Shown here: positions 24,285 through 33,967 of the stretch, piece after piece
How the letters are laid out: each line of letters begins with the position of its first letter
Position numbering within the stretch: the stretch's first letter is position 1
Source of the DNA: Solirubrobacteraceae bacterium
Lineage (GTDB): Bacteria; Actinomycetota; Thermoleophilia; Solirubrobacterales; Solirubrobacteraceae
Length of the DNA: 64,000 nt
Direction: 5' to 3'
Assembly (NCBI GenBank): GCA_025451035.1
Contig: JANWLE010000069.1
Location: forward strand, 13,483-77,482
Program-made: the position numbers and the translations under genes
Notes under the pieces: generated by a model
What the model saw: only the letters and a program-made list of their open reading frames with translations
What the model was told of the DNA's origin: nothing
Databases searched by the model: none

Positions 24285-24517
24285 CGGCGTCCTCCGGTTG
24301 GGGATCGTGCCAGCTAAAAGCTAGCGCTCTTGTGCCCTGCGCGTCCATAGCTGGAGGCGACTTCTACAAAAGGCGACTGGCGGCGGTTCTCCGGAGTACG
24401 CCGAGCGCGACTTTTCCCGAGGAGAATGGTTGTGGGAGCGAGACGGACGCGGGGGCGTGCCGGCAGACTGCCAAAGCCCCGTGCTCGCGACGGAGAAACC
24501 ACGACTAGGAGGTTCCA

Positions 24518-25288
24518 ATGTTGCGCAGACTAGGCCGGTTCTCGGCTCTCGGGCGAGCCAAAGTCAAGCGTCTAGGGCTACTTGCGGGTGGACTGGGCGT
24601 GCTGGGCGCCGCACCCCTTGCCCTGGCTGCGGGAGTGGCCGGTCCAATCCGGGGTGGCGCACGTAATCCCAGCCCAAACCCGGCGATCTCATATAGGAGC
24701 AAAACGCAGATTATCGCCGAAACGTCCGGTTACGGCACACGCCAGTCCAATAAGGGCAGCGGTGGTGGCGCGATTTACGGTTGCCGTAGTGCCTTCGGCG
24801 GTAACGGCTGCATTGCCGCCGACAATCTCAATACAGGGCCCGCGTTCGCATTCGTAAGCTCAGGCAAAGTGGGCGGTACCATCAATCTGCAGGACTCCGA
24901 TGGTGCACCTCTGACTACCAACGCCAAAGGGGTGGCCACGGGCTTCAACGCCAACTACTTGCAGGGCAAGCAGGCGAGCGAATTCGTGCTTGCAAGTCAG
25001 GCGGCCAGCTACGCTCAGACAAGCCAGCTGCTGTTCGCAGTCGTCGACCAGTCAGGCAAGCTTGGTGCTACGCGCGGAGCGACTGCATCGAGCCAAACCA
25101 ACGAAAAGTCATACACCGTCACGTTCAACGCGAATCTCAGCAAGTGTGCGGTGACCGCCTCGCCGAGCGGACAGGGCCTCAGCACCGGATCGCTCGGCGT
25201 AGCCGTCTCCTCCTCAAACGCGCAGCTGGTCGAAGTCAGCGCACCTTCTGCACTCGCCAAGGGTTTCAACCTGCAAGTCATGTGCTAG
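24518..25288 (+). CDS. Secreted hypothetical protein
   Basis: AGGAGG RBS and a signal-peptide-like N-terminus (LLAGGLGVLGAAPLALAAG). I recognise no family. Confidence 0.6.
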   Translation: MLRRLGRFSALGRAKVKRLGLLAGGLGVLGAAPLALAAGVAGPIRGGARNPSPNPAISYRSKTQIIAETSGYGTRQSNKGSGGGAIYGCRSAFGGNGCIAADNLNTGPAFAFVSSGKVGGTINLQDSDGAPLTTNAKGVATGFNANYLQGKQASEFVLASQAASYAQTSQLLFAVVDQSGKLGATRGATASSQTNEKSYTVTFNANLSKCAVTASPSGQGLSTGSLGVAVSSSNAQLVEVSAPSALAKGFNLQVMC

Positions 25289-25380
25289 CTAGCCACCGGA
25301 GAGGCAACAGGCCCGGGCGAGGCACGCGCCCGGGCCTGTGCATGCTGGCTGTTAGCACCCGTTGCAGCGTGTAGTCTGAG

Positions 25381-26310
25381 TTGGTGGCTTCGTTTCGCTA
25401 CGAGGGACAGAGAATCAACTACACCGAGTTCGGTGGTGGCCCGGCGCTAGTAAGCGACGCGCGCGGCAAGCGCGGCCGCACGGCACGCAGCTCAAGCGCG
25501 GGCGAGAGGCCGGTGATCCTCATTCACGGGCTGCTGCTTTCGCAGACGATGGATCATCGGCTGGCCGAAGATTTGGCGGCCAGGGGGAATCGCGCGATTA
25601 CTATCGATCTGCTCGGCCACGGAGCGTCGCACCGCCCACGGGACATGTGGCGGTACTCGATGAGCGCCTTCGCGCGGCAGGTGGTTGCGCTGATGGACCA
25701 TCTGGAGATCGAGCAGGCGGCTGTGATGGGCACTTCGCTGGGTGCGAACACGGCGCTCGAGGTCGCTTCGCTCGCACCGGAGCGCCTTCGCGCGATGGTG
25801 CTGGAGATGCCGGTGCTCGACAACGGGTTGCTGGCCTGCGCGGTTACGTTCACGCCGATGCTAGTGGCGCTTACGTTCGGCGAGCCCATCATGAAGGTTG
25901 TGCAGTTGGGCGCAAAGGCCGTCCCCCGCAGACTGCTGCCCCATTACGGCAACGTCCTGCTCGACTTGATACGCCAGGATCCCGGTCCCAGTGCCGCCGT
26001 GCTGCAAGGGTTGTTCTTCGGCCGGGTCGCCCCTCACCGCAGCGAGCGGCGTACGTTCACGACGCCGGCCCTAGTGATCGGTCACCAACGCGATCCTGTG
26101 CACCCCTTCTCGGATGCGGGCATGCTCGCTAAGGAGCTGCCGAACAGTCGACTGTTGGAAGCGAGCTCCCTCTTCGAGTTGCGATTGACTCCCGAGCGTC
26201 TCAGTGGCGAGATCGCCGGCTTTCTGGACGAGGCCTGGGCACAGACGCCGAAGCGTGGCGCCCAGGCCAACGGTGCCAGAAGGCGAGCGCGCGCGGCCAA
26301 GCCCGCCTGA
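25381..26310 (+). CDS. Alpha/beta hydrolase
   Basis: VILIHGLLLS and the nucleophile elbow GTSLGA. Confidence 0.8.
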   Translation: MVASFRYEGQRINYTEFGGGPALVSDARGKRGRTARSSSAGERPVILIHGLLLSQTMDHRLAEDLAARGNRAITIDLLGHGASHRPRDMWRYSMSAFARQVVALMDHLEIEQAAVMGTSLGANTALEVASLAPERLRAMVLEMPVLDNGLLACAVTFTPMLVALTFGEPIMKVVQLGAKAVPRRLLPHYGNVLLDLIRQDPGPSAAVLQGLFFGRVAPHRSERRTFTTPALVIGHQRDPVHPFSDAGMLAKELPNSRLLEASSLFELRLTPERLSGEIAGFLDEAWAQTPKRGAQANGARRRARAAKPA

Positions 26311-26317
26311 CCGCGGC

Positions 26318-27388
26318 CTATTTGTTGGGCGCGGGGAAGAGCATGACTTCGTCCAGGCTCACCGACGACGTCTGCGTCGCCGAGGGCGCGGTCCCGGCGC
26401 TCGCTGGTGCCTTGACGATCCACGCGAGCACGTAGCGGAAGGACTTCGTCGCGTCCTGGAGCGTCATGCCTACGCGCTTCTTCTTCACGAGCCGCTCAGC
26501 GGTCAGCTGGGTCCAGGCTGGGTCGGTGATCGCCGCTGGTGGGTGGGCTCCCCGCGCGCCGTAGATCCTGACGGTCAACCCCGGGGTCGAGGTGATCAGC
26601 TTCAGCTTCGCGAGGTGCCGGTTGGCGTTCAAGTTGACGAGCAGGCCGGCGTTTACCAGTGGTCCTGCACCGGGCTGAACCTGCGCGGTCCACGCCGTCG
26701 TGGTTTCGCCGTCGATCGCGAGCGTGGGATCGCCGAAGTCAGATTCAGGGAATCCATTCGGGTTGTAGGTGCTCGCGGCATTCGTGTCGAGCAGGATCGG
26801 CATGGGTCCCTTCGGTGCCGGGTTGGGCGCCGTGGGCGTCGAGCCAGTCGCTGGAGTGCTTTCTTCCCCCTTGCTGGTTTCGTGTTCAGGAGTGTGAGCC
26901 TGGACGGGGATCTTCGGAGGCTTGCTGGAAGTCGTGGGCAGGCTTGGCGGTAGGGCCGCACTGGGTGTTTCCGCGGGCGGAACCGGCGCGGTCGGCACGG
27001 TTGCTGTCGGGGCGGTTGCCGTAGCCGCCGGCAGCTGCGGCGCCGGTGCCGCCACGATCGTCAGGTGAGGTGGGGGCTTGTGTTGCTCTTCCTTGAGTGC
27101 GGCGTAGGCTGCCGCGGCCGCGCCAAGCAGGAGCAGGATGCTCACGGCAATGATTCCCGCCATCGGCGCGAGGCTCGTGCCACCGCTCAGGGCGCCAGCG
27201 CTGCCGGCGCCGCAGTGAAGGCACCAATCCTGATCTGGCGCCATCGTGCCGCCGCAGCGTGCGCACGAACGGGCAGCGGCTGGCGGTGCCTGCTCTGCGG
27301 GGTCTCGCGGAGATGTCCCGATGACGGCTGCCTCAGCGCTCGTAGCGGGAGCCTCGGCGGCAGTGATGGTCGTAAGCGGCTGATTCAC
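26318..27388 (-). CDS. Zinc-ribbon / TM / Pro-rich membrane protein with a C-terminal discoidin-like domain
   Basis: CARCGG...CLHCGA, one TM helix and a Pro/Thr/Ala linker. The C-terminal domain is paralogous to the C-terminus of the kinase at 43080..44606. Confidence 0.65.
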   Translation of the reverse strand: MNQPLTTITAAEAPATSAEAAVIGTSPRDPAEQAPPAAARSCARCGGTMAPDQDWCLHCGAGSAGALSGGTSLAPMAGIIAVSILLLLGAAAAAYAALKEEQHKPPPHLTIVAAPAPQLPAATATAPTATVPTAPVPPAETPSAALPPSLPTTSSKPPKIPVQAHTPEHETSKGEESTPATGSTPTAPNPAPKGPMPILLDTNAASTYNPNGFPESDFGDPTLAIDGETTTAWTAQVQPGAGPLVNAGLLVNLNANRHLAKLKLITSTPGLTVRIYGARGAHPPAAITDPAWTQLTAERLVKKKRVGMTLQDATKSFRYVLAWIVKAPASAGTAPSATQTSSVSLDEVMLFPAPNK

Positions 27389-27448
27389 TGGCTCAATTCT
27401 TGCACTTAGCTACGCATTTGAAACCCGCTTGTCTACATAACGTTTCGC

Positions 27449-28444
27449 CTATATGCGGACTGGGCCCCCGGGCGCGATCTCCCGCCCAGTAGGAAGCGAC
27501 TGCTGATCCAGCTCAAGCTGCCAGTAGTAGCGTGCGAATGTGACCCCGGCTTTCATCTGGCCGACATGTGGCGTCACGCGCTCGCCGCTCGCCATGCGGA
27601 TGATCAGCTCTGGGTAGGTGTGTCCAGGCAGTGCCCCATACATGTGGGCTGGATAGCCGCCACCGAAACGGATGTTGATGTCTGTCACACGCAGCCCTAG
27701 CTCGGGGTCGCGGAAGGCCTGTACCATGCACGGGCCGCGAGCCCCGACGCCCTCGCTGACTGCCTGCCCGAGCTCGATGAGCTCTGGATCTCCGAGTACG
27801 GTGCCCTTGACCGACTCTCCCCCGCGAGACTCGATCATGCTGCGCGGGATCGCGTTTAGGCAGCGTCCCTGCGTGTCGCACAGGCAGTCGATCGAGAACT
27901 CCGGGCCCCGCATCGCCCGCTGCAGGACGACAGGCTCCTGGGCGTAGTCGGCGAAGAAGCGCGCCTGTTCGGGGCTACTCGCGAGATGGATGGAGCGAGA
28001 GTTCGAGCCGTGCCGTGGCTTGACGATCACGGGATAGTGCTCGGGTTCTGTCGGGGGAAGGACGGTCGGCGGTGACGGAAGCCCCAGGCGTTCGAGCAGC
28101 AGGTGAGTCTCGTACTTGTCGAACGTCGCGCGAGCCATCTCAGGGTCAGGGACGAGGGCCGGCAGCAAACCCTGAGCTCGTGCGTGCGCGAGTACCTCGA
28201 TGTCAGGGTCGATGAGGGGTACGACAGCGCCCACTCCATGCTCGCCGCAGAGCCTGACCAGCTCCGGCACGTAGGCGGGGTCATCAAGACTCGGTACGAT
28301 CGCTCTCACCTGAGCCGCGTACTGAGCTGGAGCCAAGGGGCTTGTCTCGGTCGCGATCACGGTCGTGTGCTGGGCGAACGAGGCGACTATGTCGTAACGT
28401 CGCCCCACCGAGGTGATCATCACCGCTGGTGGTTGGCTGCTCAT
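27449..28444 (-). CDS. ATP-grasp domain protein
   Basis: 331 aa with ATP-grasp-type organisation (VIVKPRHGSNSRSI..., EFSIDCL..). ATGA overlap with the upstream sugar transferase gene. Confidence 0.75.
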   Translation of the reverse strand: MSSQPPAVMITSVGRRYDIVASFAQHTTVIATETSPLAPAQYAAQVRAIVPSLDDPAYVPELVRLCGEHGVGAVVPLIDPDIEVLAHARAQGLLPALVPDPEMARATFDKYETHLLLERLGLPSPPTVLPPTEPEHYPVIVKPRHGSNSRSIHLASSPEQARFFADYAQEPVVLQRAMRGPEFSIDCLCDTQGRCLNAIPRSMIESRGGESVKGTVLGDPELIELGQAVSEGVGARGPCMVQAFRDPELGLRVTDINIRFGGGYPAHMYGALPGHTYPELIIRMASGERVTPHVGQMKAGVTFARYYWQLELDQQSLPTGREIAPGGPVRI

Positions 28445-29040
28445 GCGCTTGCCTCCCCGTCCCAGCCGCCGGTGTCCCGCTTATAGAGGCCGGAGCCCCT
28501 GAAGACCATGGCCACGGTGCGTGCCAAGATCTGCAGGTCCATCGTCAGGCGACGATGCTCGATGTAGTAGAGGTCGAGCTCGATGCGCTCTGACCATGGC
28601 AGCGCGGTGCGGCCATTGACCTGCGCCCAGCCGGTGATGCCGGGCTTTATGCTCAGCCGCCGCCGTTGGCGGGGTGTGTAGCTCGCTACCTGGTCAGGAA
28701 GTGTCGGGCGGGGCCCGATCAACGACATCTCCCCTCGCAGCACATTCAGGAGGTTCGGGAGCTCGTCGATTGAGGTGCGCCTCAGCAGCGCCCCGATCCT
28801 CGTGATACGCGGATCGTTCTCGTTGACTGCCAGGCCGGCCCCGATGTACTCTGCGCCATCCACCATCGTGCGCAGCTTGAGGACATCGAAGGGGTGCCCG
28901 TCCTTGCCGATCCGCCGCTGGCGGTAGATCGCCGAACCCCTGGACTCCAGCCGAATCGCGATCGTCGCGATCGCAAGCACGGGTGCAGCCAGGATCAACA
29001 GCGATAGCGAGACGAGGATGTCGAGGAGGCGACGGATCAT
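28441..29040 (-). CDS. Priming sugar-phosphate transferase (bacterial sugar transferase family, PglC/WbaP C-terminal type)
   Basis: RRLLDILVSLSLLILAAPV...YRQRRIGKDGHPFDVLKLRTM...DELPNLLNVLRGEMSLIGPRP. Confidence 0.9.
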   Translation of the reverse strand: MIRRLLDILVSLSLLILAAPVLAIATIAIRLESRGSAIYRQRRIGKDGHPFDVLKLRTMVDGAEYIGAGLAVNENDPRITRIGALLRRTSIDELPNLLNVLRGEMSLIGPRPTLPDQVASYTPRQRRRLSIKPGITGWAQVNGRTALPWSERIELDLYYIEHRRLTMDLQILARTVAMVFRGSGLYKRDTGGWDGEASA

Positions 29041-29103
29041 GACGGCTGTGTTGGTTGCGGCGAGGCGGATCGTAAGCGCTCGGAGGCTGGCCGGGCGGGC
29101 CGC

Positions 29104-30261
29104 TCAGCGCGTGCCTTGCGCGGCCTCCCACCCTGGCGAGGTCCCGTGTCGCGCCCAGTCCCATAGGCCTGCCGCCAGTGACGCGGTGCTGAGGACGTAG
29201 TAGCGAGCGATCAACAGTGGCCGCAGGCGTATGACGCTGGCCAGGGTTGCCGCTGCCAGCAGGCAGACCTGAAGCGCGAGGGTCGCCAGATACAGCGGGC
29301 TAGGCTGCATGATCACCACGGCGACATTCGCGAGCAGTGCCAGCAGATGCAGTGCTGGAGTCGCGTAGCGCAGCAGGCGGTGGGAGATGATCGCGATGCT
29401 ATAGCCGAGACCATAGCCGCGCGGGGAGAGCATTCCGCCGCGCAGAACTATCGGCCACGTGTGGCTCATCATCCTTCGCTTGCGGGCGAACTCACCCTCG
29501 ATCGACGGCGCCATCTTCTCGGTGGCGAGCGCTCCCGGGACGTAGATCGCGCGTTGCCCCCGCTTGACGATTTTGAATGGGAACGAGAGATCGTGGCCCA
29601 TCACCGGGTCGACGATCATGTAGCTCTCGCGTCGGGTCGCATAGATCGCGCCGTTGCCGGCCGTTATCGAGCCGAGCTGAGACTCCAGTGCGCGGACAGC
29701 CATCTCATAGCGCCAGTACAGGCCCTCCTGGTTGTTGCCCGCTAGCGCCCCTTGCACGAAGCGAACCTGTCCACAGGCGTAGCCGACCTCAGGATCAGCG
29801 AATGCGTTGAGCAGGACGCGCAAGGCGTCCGACTCCCACACGCAGTTGGCGTCGGAGAATGCGAGGATCTCTCCCCGTGCTGTCTCCACGGCTGCGTCCT
29901 GCGCCCTGATCTTGCCTACGCGCGGAAGCTCGAGCACGAGGTCAGCGCCGGCCCGGCGCGCGCGTTCGGCGGTCTCGTCAGTGCACCCGTCGCAGGCGAC
30001 GATGATCTCCAGCAGCTCGCGAGGGTAGTCCAGCGCAAGCGCGTTGGCCAGCTTGCGCTCGATGACGGCCTGCTCGTTATGTGCGGCGACGATCAACGAG
30101 ACCTTCGGCAGGGACCGTCCCGTCATCCTCCTGGTAGGCGTGGGCGTTATCGCCGAGCCCTTCACGCGGGCAAGGATCGCTAGCGCGAGCGCGTAGCCGA
30201 GCTGAGTCCAGCCGATCAGCGCGGCCGCGGCCCAGAACAGCGCTTCAAAGAGGATGAGCAC
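29104..30261 (-). CDS. Membrane glycosyltransferase family 2
   Basis: VSLIVAAHNEQAVIERKL, IVACDGCTD, FSDAN and C-terminal TM helices. I chose GTG 30261 to avoid a long overlap with the upstream gene. The start is uncertain. Confidence 0.8.
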   Translation of the reverse strand: MLILFEALFWAAAALIGWTQLGYALALAILARVKGSAITPTPTRRMTGRSLPKVSLIVAAHNEQAVIERKLANALALDYPRELLEIIVACDGCTDETAERARRAGADLVLELPRVGKIRAQDAAVETARGEILAFSDANCVWESDALRVLLNAFADPEVGYACGQVRFVQGALAGNNQEGLYWRYEMAVRALESQLGSITAGNGAIYATRRESYMIVDPVMGHDLSFPFKIVKRGQRAIYVPGALATEKMAPSIEGEFARKRRMMSHTWPIVLRGGMLSPRGYGLGYSIAIISHRLLRYATPALHLLALLANVAVVIMQPSPLYLATLALQVCLLAAATLASVIRLRPLLIARYYVLSTASLAAGLWDWARHGTSPGWEAAQGTR

Positions 30262-30334
30262 ACGTGCATTGTCGCCGAGTCGCGAGATGATGTGTGCCGC
30301 GGTTTCACCCTGCGCACACGGGGCGCATACCGGC

Positions 30335-31441
30335 TCAGTCCAGCAGCTGTGCGTACAAGTCGAGATGCCTGCGCGCGAGCGAATGCCAGGAGTAGCACCC
30401 ATCGGCCGCCGCCCTAGCCTTCGCGCACATATCGACCAGGACGGCCTCGTTACGCAGCAGGTCGAGCAGCGCCTGCCTGAGCGCATCTGCGTCTCCGGCG
30501 TTGAACAGGCGTGCCGCGCCTGTGTGGGCGACCTCAGGAAATCCGCCCACATCGCTCAGCAGCAGCGGCCTGCCATAGCCGAGTGCCGTAAAGAGCACTC
30601 CGGACTGGTCGATCTCGCTGTAGGGAAGGACCACGAAGCTCGCTCGGCGCATAAAAGCCGGTATTTGCGCGTTGGGGATGAAGCTTTCGAGAAAACGGAC
30701 ATTCGCCGGCGCTTTTGCCCGCAGAGCCGAAGTATCCATGCGTGGCATGCCCACGATCCAAAGCTCGGCGCCATCGACTCCGCTCCAGGCGTCGAGCAAC
30801 AGCTCTATGCCCTTGTACGGGCGTAGCAGCCCGAAGAACAGCACTACCTGACCTCGAACCTCGCGCAGTCCCTCCGGCAGTGGCAGCTCCGGTTGGCCCG
30901 CGCCCGGGCGCAGCACCCCATGGGGGATCACGTGCACCCGCTCGTGGTCAACGCCGAGCTCCTCAACAAGGCGCCGCTGCCCGTGAAAGCTGTGGACGAC
31001 GATCGCGTCGACCCGCTCATACAAGCGCCGCTGGGCGCGCAGCTGGCCGGTGCGGGGCTCGCGTGGCAGGATGTCGTGCGCCGTCAACACGACCGGCCGG
31101 CCGGACGGCAGCAGGTGGATATCCAGAGGTTGAACCGTCAGCCACTGGAAGTGGACGATCTCGGCACTGCGTGCGGCCGCACGGTAGCGCAGCATGTCGG
31201 GAATATGCTCGAACAGCTTGACGGCCACGCCGGTGTGACCGCGCTGGCCCGAGCGAGCGGAGGAGTGGGAGCGGCGGTAGAAGAACTCGTTGCGGAGGTA
31301 GGCGCGCTCGCCGTGGAGCGGGCCGTACTGGAAGCGGCTCGTGAATAGCTGTACCTCCACACCGGCTTGGGCCAAGGCACTGCAGAGCGCATCATCGTAT
31401 GCGGGGGTGTAGGAGGAGGGGTCGACGACATGCACGCGCAT
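30335..31441 (-). CDS. Glycosyltransferase family 4
   Basis: MRVHVVDPSSYTPAYD...; C-terminal EGFGLP-like region (YSEIDQSGVLFTALGYGRPLLLSDVGG). ATG 31441 overlaps the divergent ATG 31440 by 2 nt (CATG). Confidence 0.85.
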   Translation of the reverse strand: MRVHVVDPSSYTPAYDDALCSALAQAGVEVQLFTSRFQYGPLHGERAYLRNEFFYRRSHSSARSGQRGHTGVAVKLFEHIPDMLRYRAAARSAEIVHFQWLTVQPLDIHLLPSGRPVVLTAHDILPREPRTGQLRAQRRLYERVDAIVVHSFHGQRRLVEELGVDHERVHVIPHGVLRPGAGQPELPLPEGLREVRGQVVLFFGLLRPYKGIELLLDAWSGVDGAELWIVGMPRMDTSALRAKAPANVRFLESFIPNAQIPAFMRRASFVVLPYSEIDQSGVLFTALGYGRPLLLSDVGGFPEVAHTGAARLFNAGDADALRQALLDLLRNEAVLVDMCAKARAAADGCYSWHSLARRHLDLYAQLLD

Positions 31442-32423
31442 GGAGCAAGACAATAAGGGGATGCAACAGCGCGGCGCCATCGAGCTGACGTTCTGCGTGG
31501 TCAACACCGCCCAGCGAGAGCTGCTGTTGCGCGGCCTGGACGCGATCGCTCGCGAGCGGCAGAGCCTGCCGTTTGCGAGCGAGGTGCTGGTGCTCGACAA
31601 CGCCTCGCGCGACGGCTCCACGCAAGCCGCCAAGGAGCATCCGGCCGTGGACGAGCTGATCATCCTGTCCGAGCGCCGCGGGAAGTCATTGAACGACTCG
31701 GCGCTGATGCAGCGCGCCCGAGGGCGCTACGCGCTGTTGCTCAACGAGGACTCCGAGCTACAGCCCGGCGCGACACTGGCGCTTTACGAGGCGCTCGAGC
31801 GGCGCCCGGACGCAGCATGCGCCGGAGCTAGGCTGCGACGGCCCGACGGCCGCTGGCAGGCGTCGGCATGGCGCTTCCCCGCGCCGTTGACGGCGTTCGC
31901 GGGCGCGCTGCTGCTGCACCGTGTCTTCAACGTTCAGAGCAAAGGCAGGCAAGTCCGCGAGGTGGACTGGTGTCAGTCGGCTGCGCTGATGGTGCGCCTC
32001 GCCGCCGCCGAGCAGATCGACTATCTGGACCCTGACTTCTTCGTGTACTCAGACGAGGTCGACTTCGCCAAGCGGCTGCGCGATCACAGGTGGCTCAGTC
32101 TGTATGTGCCAGAGGCCGTGGCTGTCCACCATGAGCAGCTCTCAACGGACACGTTCAGCGAGCGCCGGATCATTGAACTCTCGCGCAACCGCGATCTGTA
32201 TATGCGAAAGCACCACTCGCAGCTGTCGGCGTGGCTGGTGCGCATTCTGACCGCATGGGCATACGGCCTGCGCGCGCTCGCGGCAATGCTGCTGCCTGGT
32301 CACTCGCCCAGACGCTATTGGCGCCACGTCATCGCCACTCTTTGCCCGGGCCGTGGCGAGGGGTTGCGCGAGGCAGCCGACGCCTTCAATCGCGAAGCGA
32401 CTGGTCAATCCGCTCGCAAGTAG
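31440..32423 (+). CDS. Glycosyltransferase family 2
   Basis: ELTFCVVNTAQRELL...VLVLDNASRDGS...LLNEDSEL. The start could be an internal ATG 21 nt downstream. Confidence 0.85.
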   Translation: MEQDNKGMQQRGAIELTFCVVNTAQRELLLRGLDAIARERQSLPFASEVLVLDNASRDGSTQAAKEHPAVDELIILSERRGKSLNDSALMQRARGRYALLLNEDSELQPGATLALYEALERRPDAACAGARLRRPDGRWQASAWRFPAPLTAFAGALLLHRVFNVQSKGRQVREVDWCQSAALMVRLAAAEQIDYLDPDFFVYSDEVDFAKRLRDHRWLSLYVPEAVAVHHEQLSTDTFSERRIIELSRNRDLYMRKHHSQLSAWLVRILTAWAYGLRALAAMLLPGHSPRRYWRHVIATLCPGRGEGLREAADAFNREATGQSARK

Positions 32424-32464
32424 CCGGCGGGTGTGACTCGGAAACGCACGGCAACGCTTGGATG

Positions 32465-33955
32465 TCAAGCGCCGCCCGCGCCGATCTGAGTGTGCCTGAC
32501 CGCACGCCAGAGCTCGCGAGCGTGCGTGAGCTCCTTGGCTGTGAAGAAGCGCGTAGCGAGCAGCAGGGCGGGCACCAGCGCAAGCCAGGCGACGCGCAGC
32601 ACCAGACCCATCACGCCCGCGGCGGGCAGCAGCAACTCGCCGCCGGCAGCGACGCCGGCCAGGATCGAGCACAAAAGCCCTAGGCGGCGCCACTCGAAGC
32701 CGACGCTGAACAGTGAGCGTGTGAGCGTGTACATGGCCGCAAGCATCACAAGGTAGGCGCCGCAGAGAGCGATCCCGGCGCCGGCTATCCCCAGGCCCAG
32801 CCCGCCGTTGGGTACGAGAACGAGCAGCAACACCACGTTGGCCACGAGACCCATCGCGGTGGCCGGGAAGTTACGTGTCATCACGCCCGAGCGCCCTGCG
32901 ATCACCATCAGCACCGGGTAAAGCCCGTACAGCGCCCAGCCCAGAGCCAGCCACGGCAGCGCGCGATGAGCGCCAAAGTAAACGGGAGCCGAAAGCAGAC
33001 GGACGATCCAGCGCGACAGGAGCGCGACAGCGCACACCACCGCACCCGTAGCCAGCGCGTAGTAGGTTCCCACCAGCGAATAAAGCCGCGAGGCCTCGGC
33101 ATCGCTTTGAATGGAGTAGGCAAGCGGCGGCCAAGCGTATTGGAAGCCCCTCACCGCCACGAACACGACGGTCGCGAGCTGCAGCGCGACCGAATACAGG
33201 CCGGCGGCATTATGGGAGTAGGCGCGAAACAGGTAGAGCCGGTCGATTACTTGTAGCGCGTAAACGCTGGCGTCCGCCGGGACCGTCGGCAAGCCAAAAC
33301 GCAGCATCGCCGCCAGGTCCCCGCGATGCACTCTCAGCGAGAAACGGCGTGCGCGCAGCAGCACCCACCACAGCCCGAGCACGACCAGCGCGGAGGCGCC
33401 GAAGTTGCCGAGCAGGAGCCCGCGTGCCTGCTGGCCCGCGAAGACCACCAGGATGACTGTCAGCGTCACCGTCATCGCGACGTTCGACATCGAAGCGAAG
33501 AGGTAGGCGCGGGTGCGCTCGTCGACCCGCAACTGGGCGTAGGCCATCTCCAGGTTGGTGAAGGCCCACAGTCCGAGGATCGCGCAGTCCAGCAGCAGGG
33601 GGTCGGCGAAGCCGAGGACGAGCTTGGAAATGGGGCTCGCGAAGATCACGGCTATGCCAGCCGCGACGCTCGAGCTCCAGGCAACGGTAGCGGCAGCCGT
33701 CCGCGCAAGGCGCTCGCGCCTGGCCTGGTCCTCGTCGGTGAAGTAGAAGCGCAGAAACGCCTCGCCCACGCCTACACGCAGCAGGATGCTGGTCAGGATC
33801 ACCAGCGTCAGCAGCGAGTTGTATGCGCCATAGCCGGCGGGCGGGACGTGACGGGTGTAGAGACGCAGGGTGACGAGCGCGATGCACTTGGCCGCGATAT
33901 CCGCCGCCTGATAGGTCAGGCCCGTGCTGACCAGGCGCTTCAGATAGCCGAGCAC
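32465..33955 (-). CDS. Polysaccharide flippase (Wzx/MOP superfamily)
   Basis: 496 aa, polytopic (roughly 12-14 hydrophobic segments). Lies within the glycan cluster. Confidence 0.8.
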   Translation of the reverse strand: MLGYLKRLVSTGLTYQAADIAAKCIALVTLRLYTRHVPPAGYGAYNSLLTLVILTSILLRVGVGEAFLRFYFTDEDQARRERLARTAAATVAWSSSVAAGIAVIFASPISKLVLGFADPLLLDCAILGLWAFTNLEMAYAQLRVDERTRAYLFASMSNVAMTVTLTVILVVFAGQQARGLLLGNFGASALVVLGLWWVLLRARRFSLRVHRGDLAAMLRFGLPTVPADASVYALQVIDRLYLFRAYSHNAAGLYSVALQLATVVFVAVRGFQYAWPPLAYSIQSDAEASRLYSLVGTYYALATGAVVCAVALLSRWIVRLLSAPVYFGAHRALPWLALGWALYGLYPVLMVIAGRSGVMTRNFPATAMGLVANVVLLLVLVPNGGLGLGIAGAGIALCGAYLVMLAAMYTLTRSLFSVGFEWRRLGLLCSILAGVAAGGELLLPAAGVMGLVLRVAWLALVPALLLATRFFTAKELTHARELWRAVRHTQIGAGGA

Positions 33956-33967
33956 GCCGCCGCCCCC

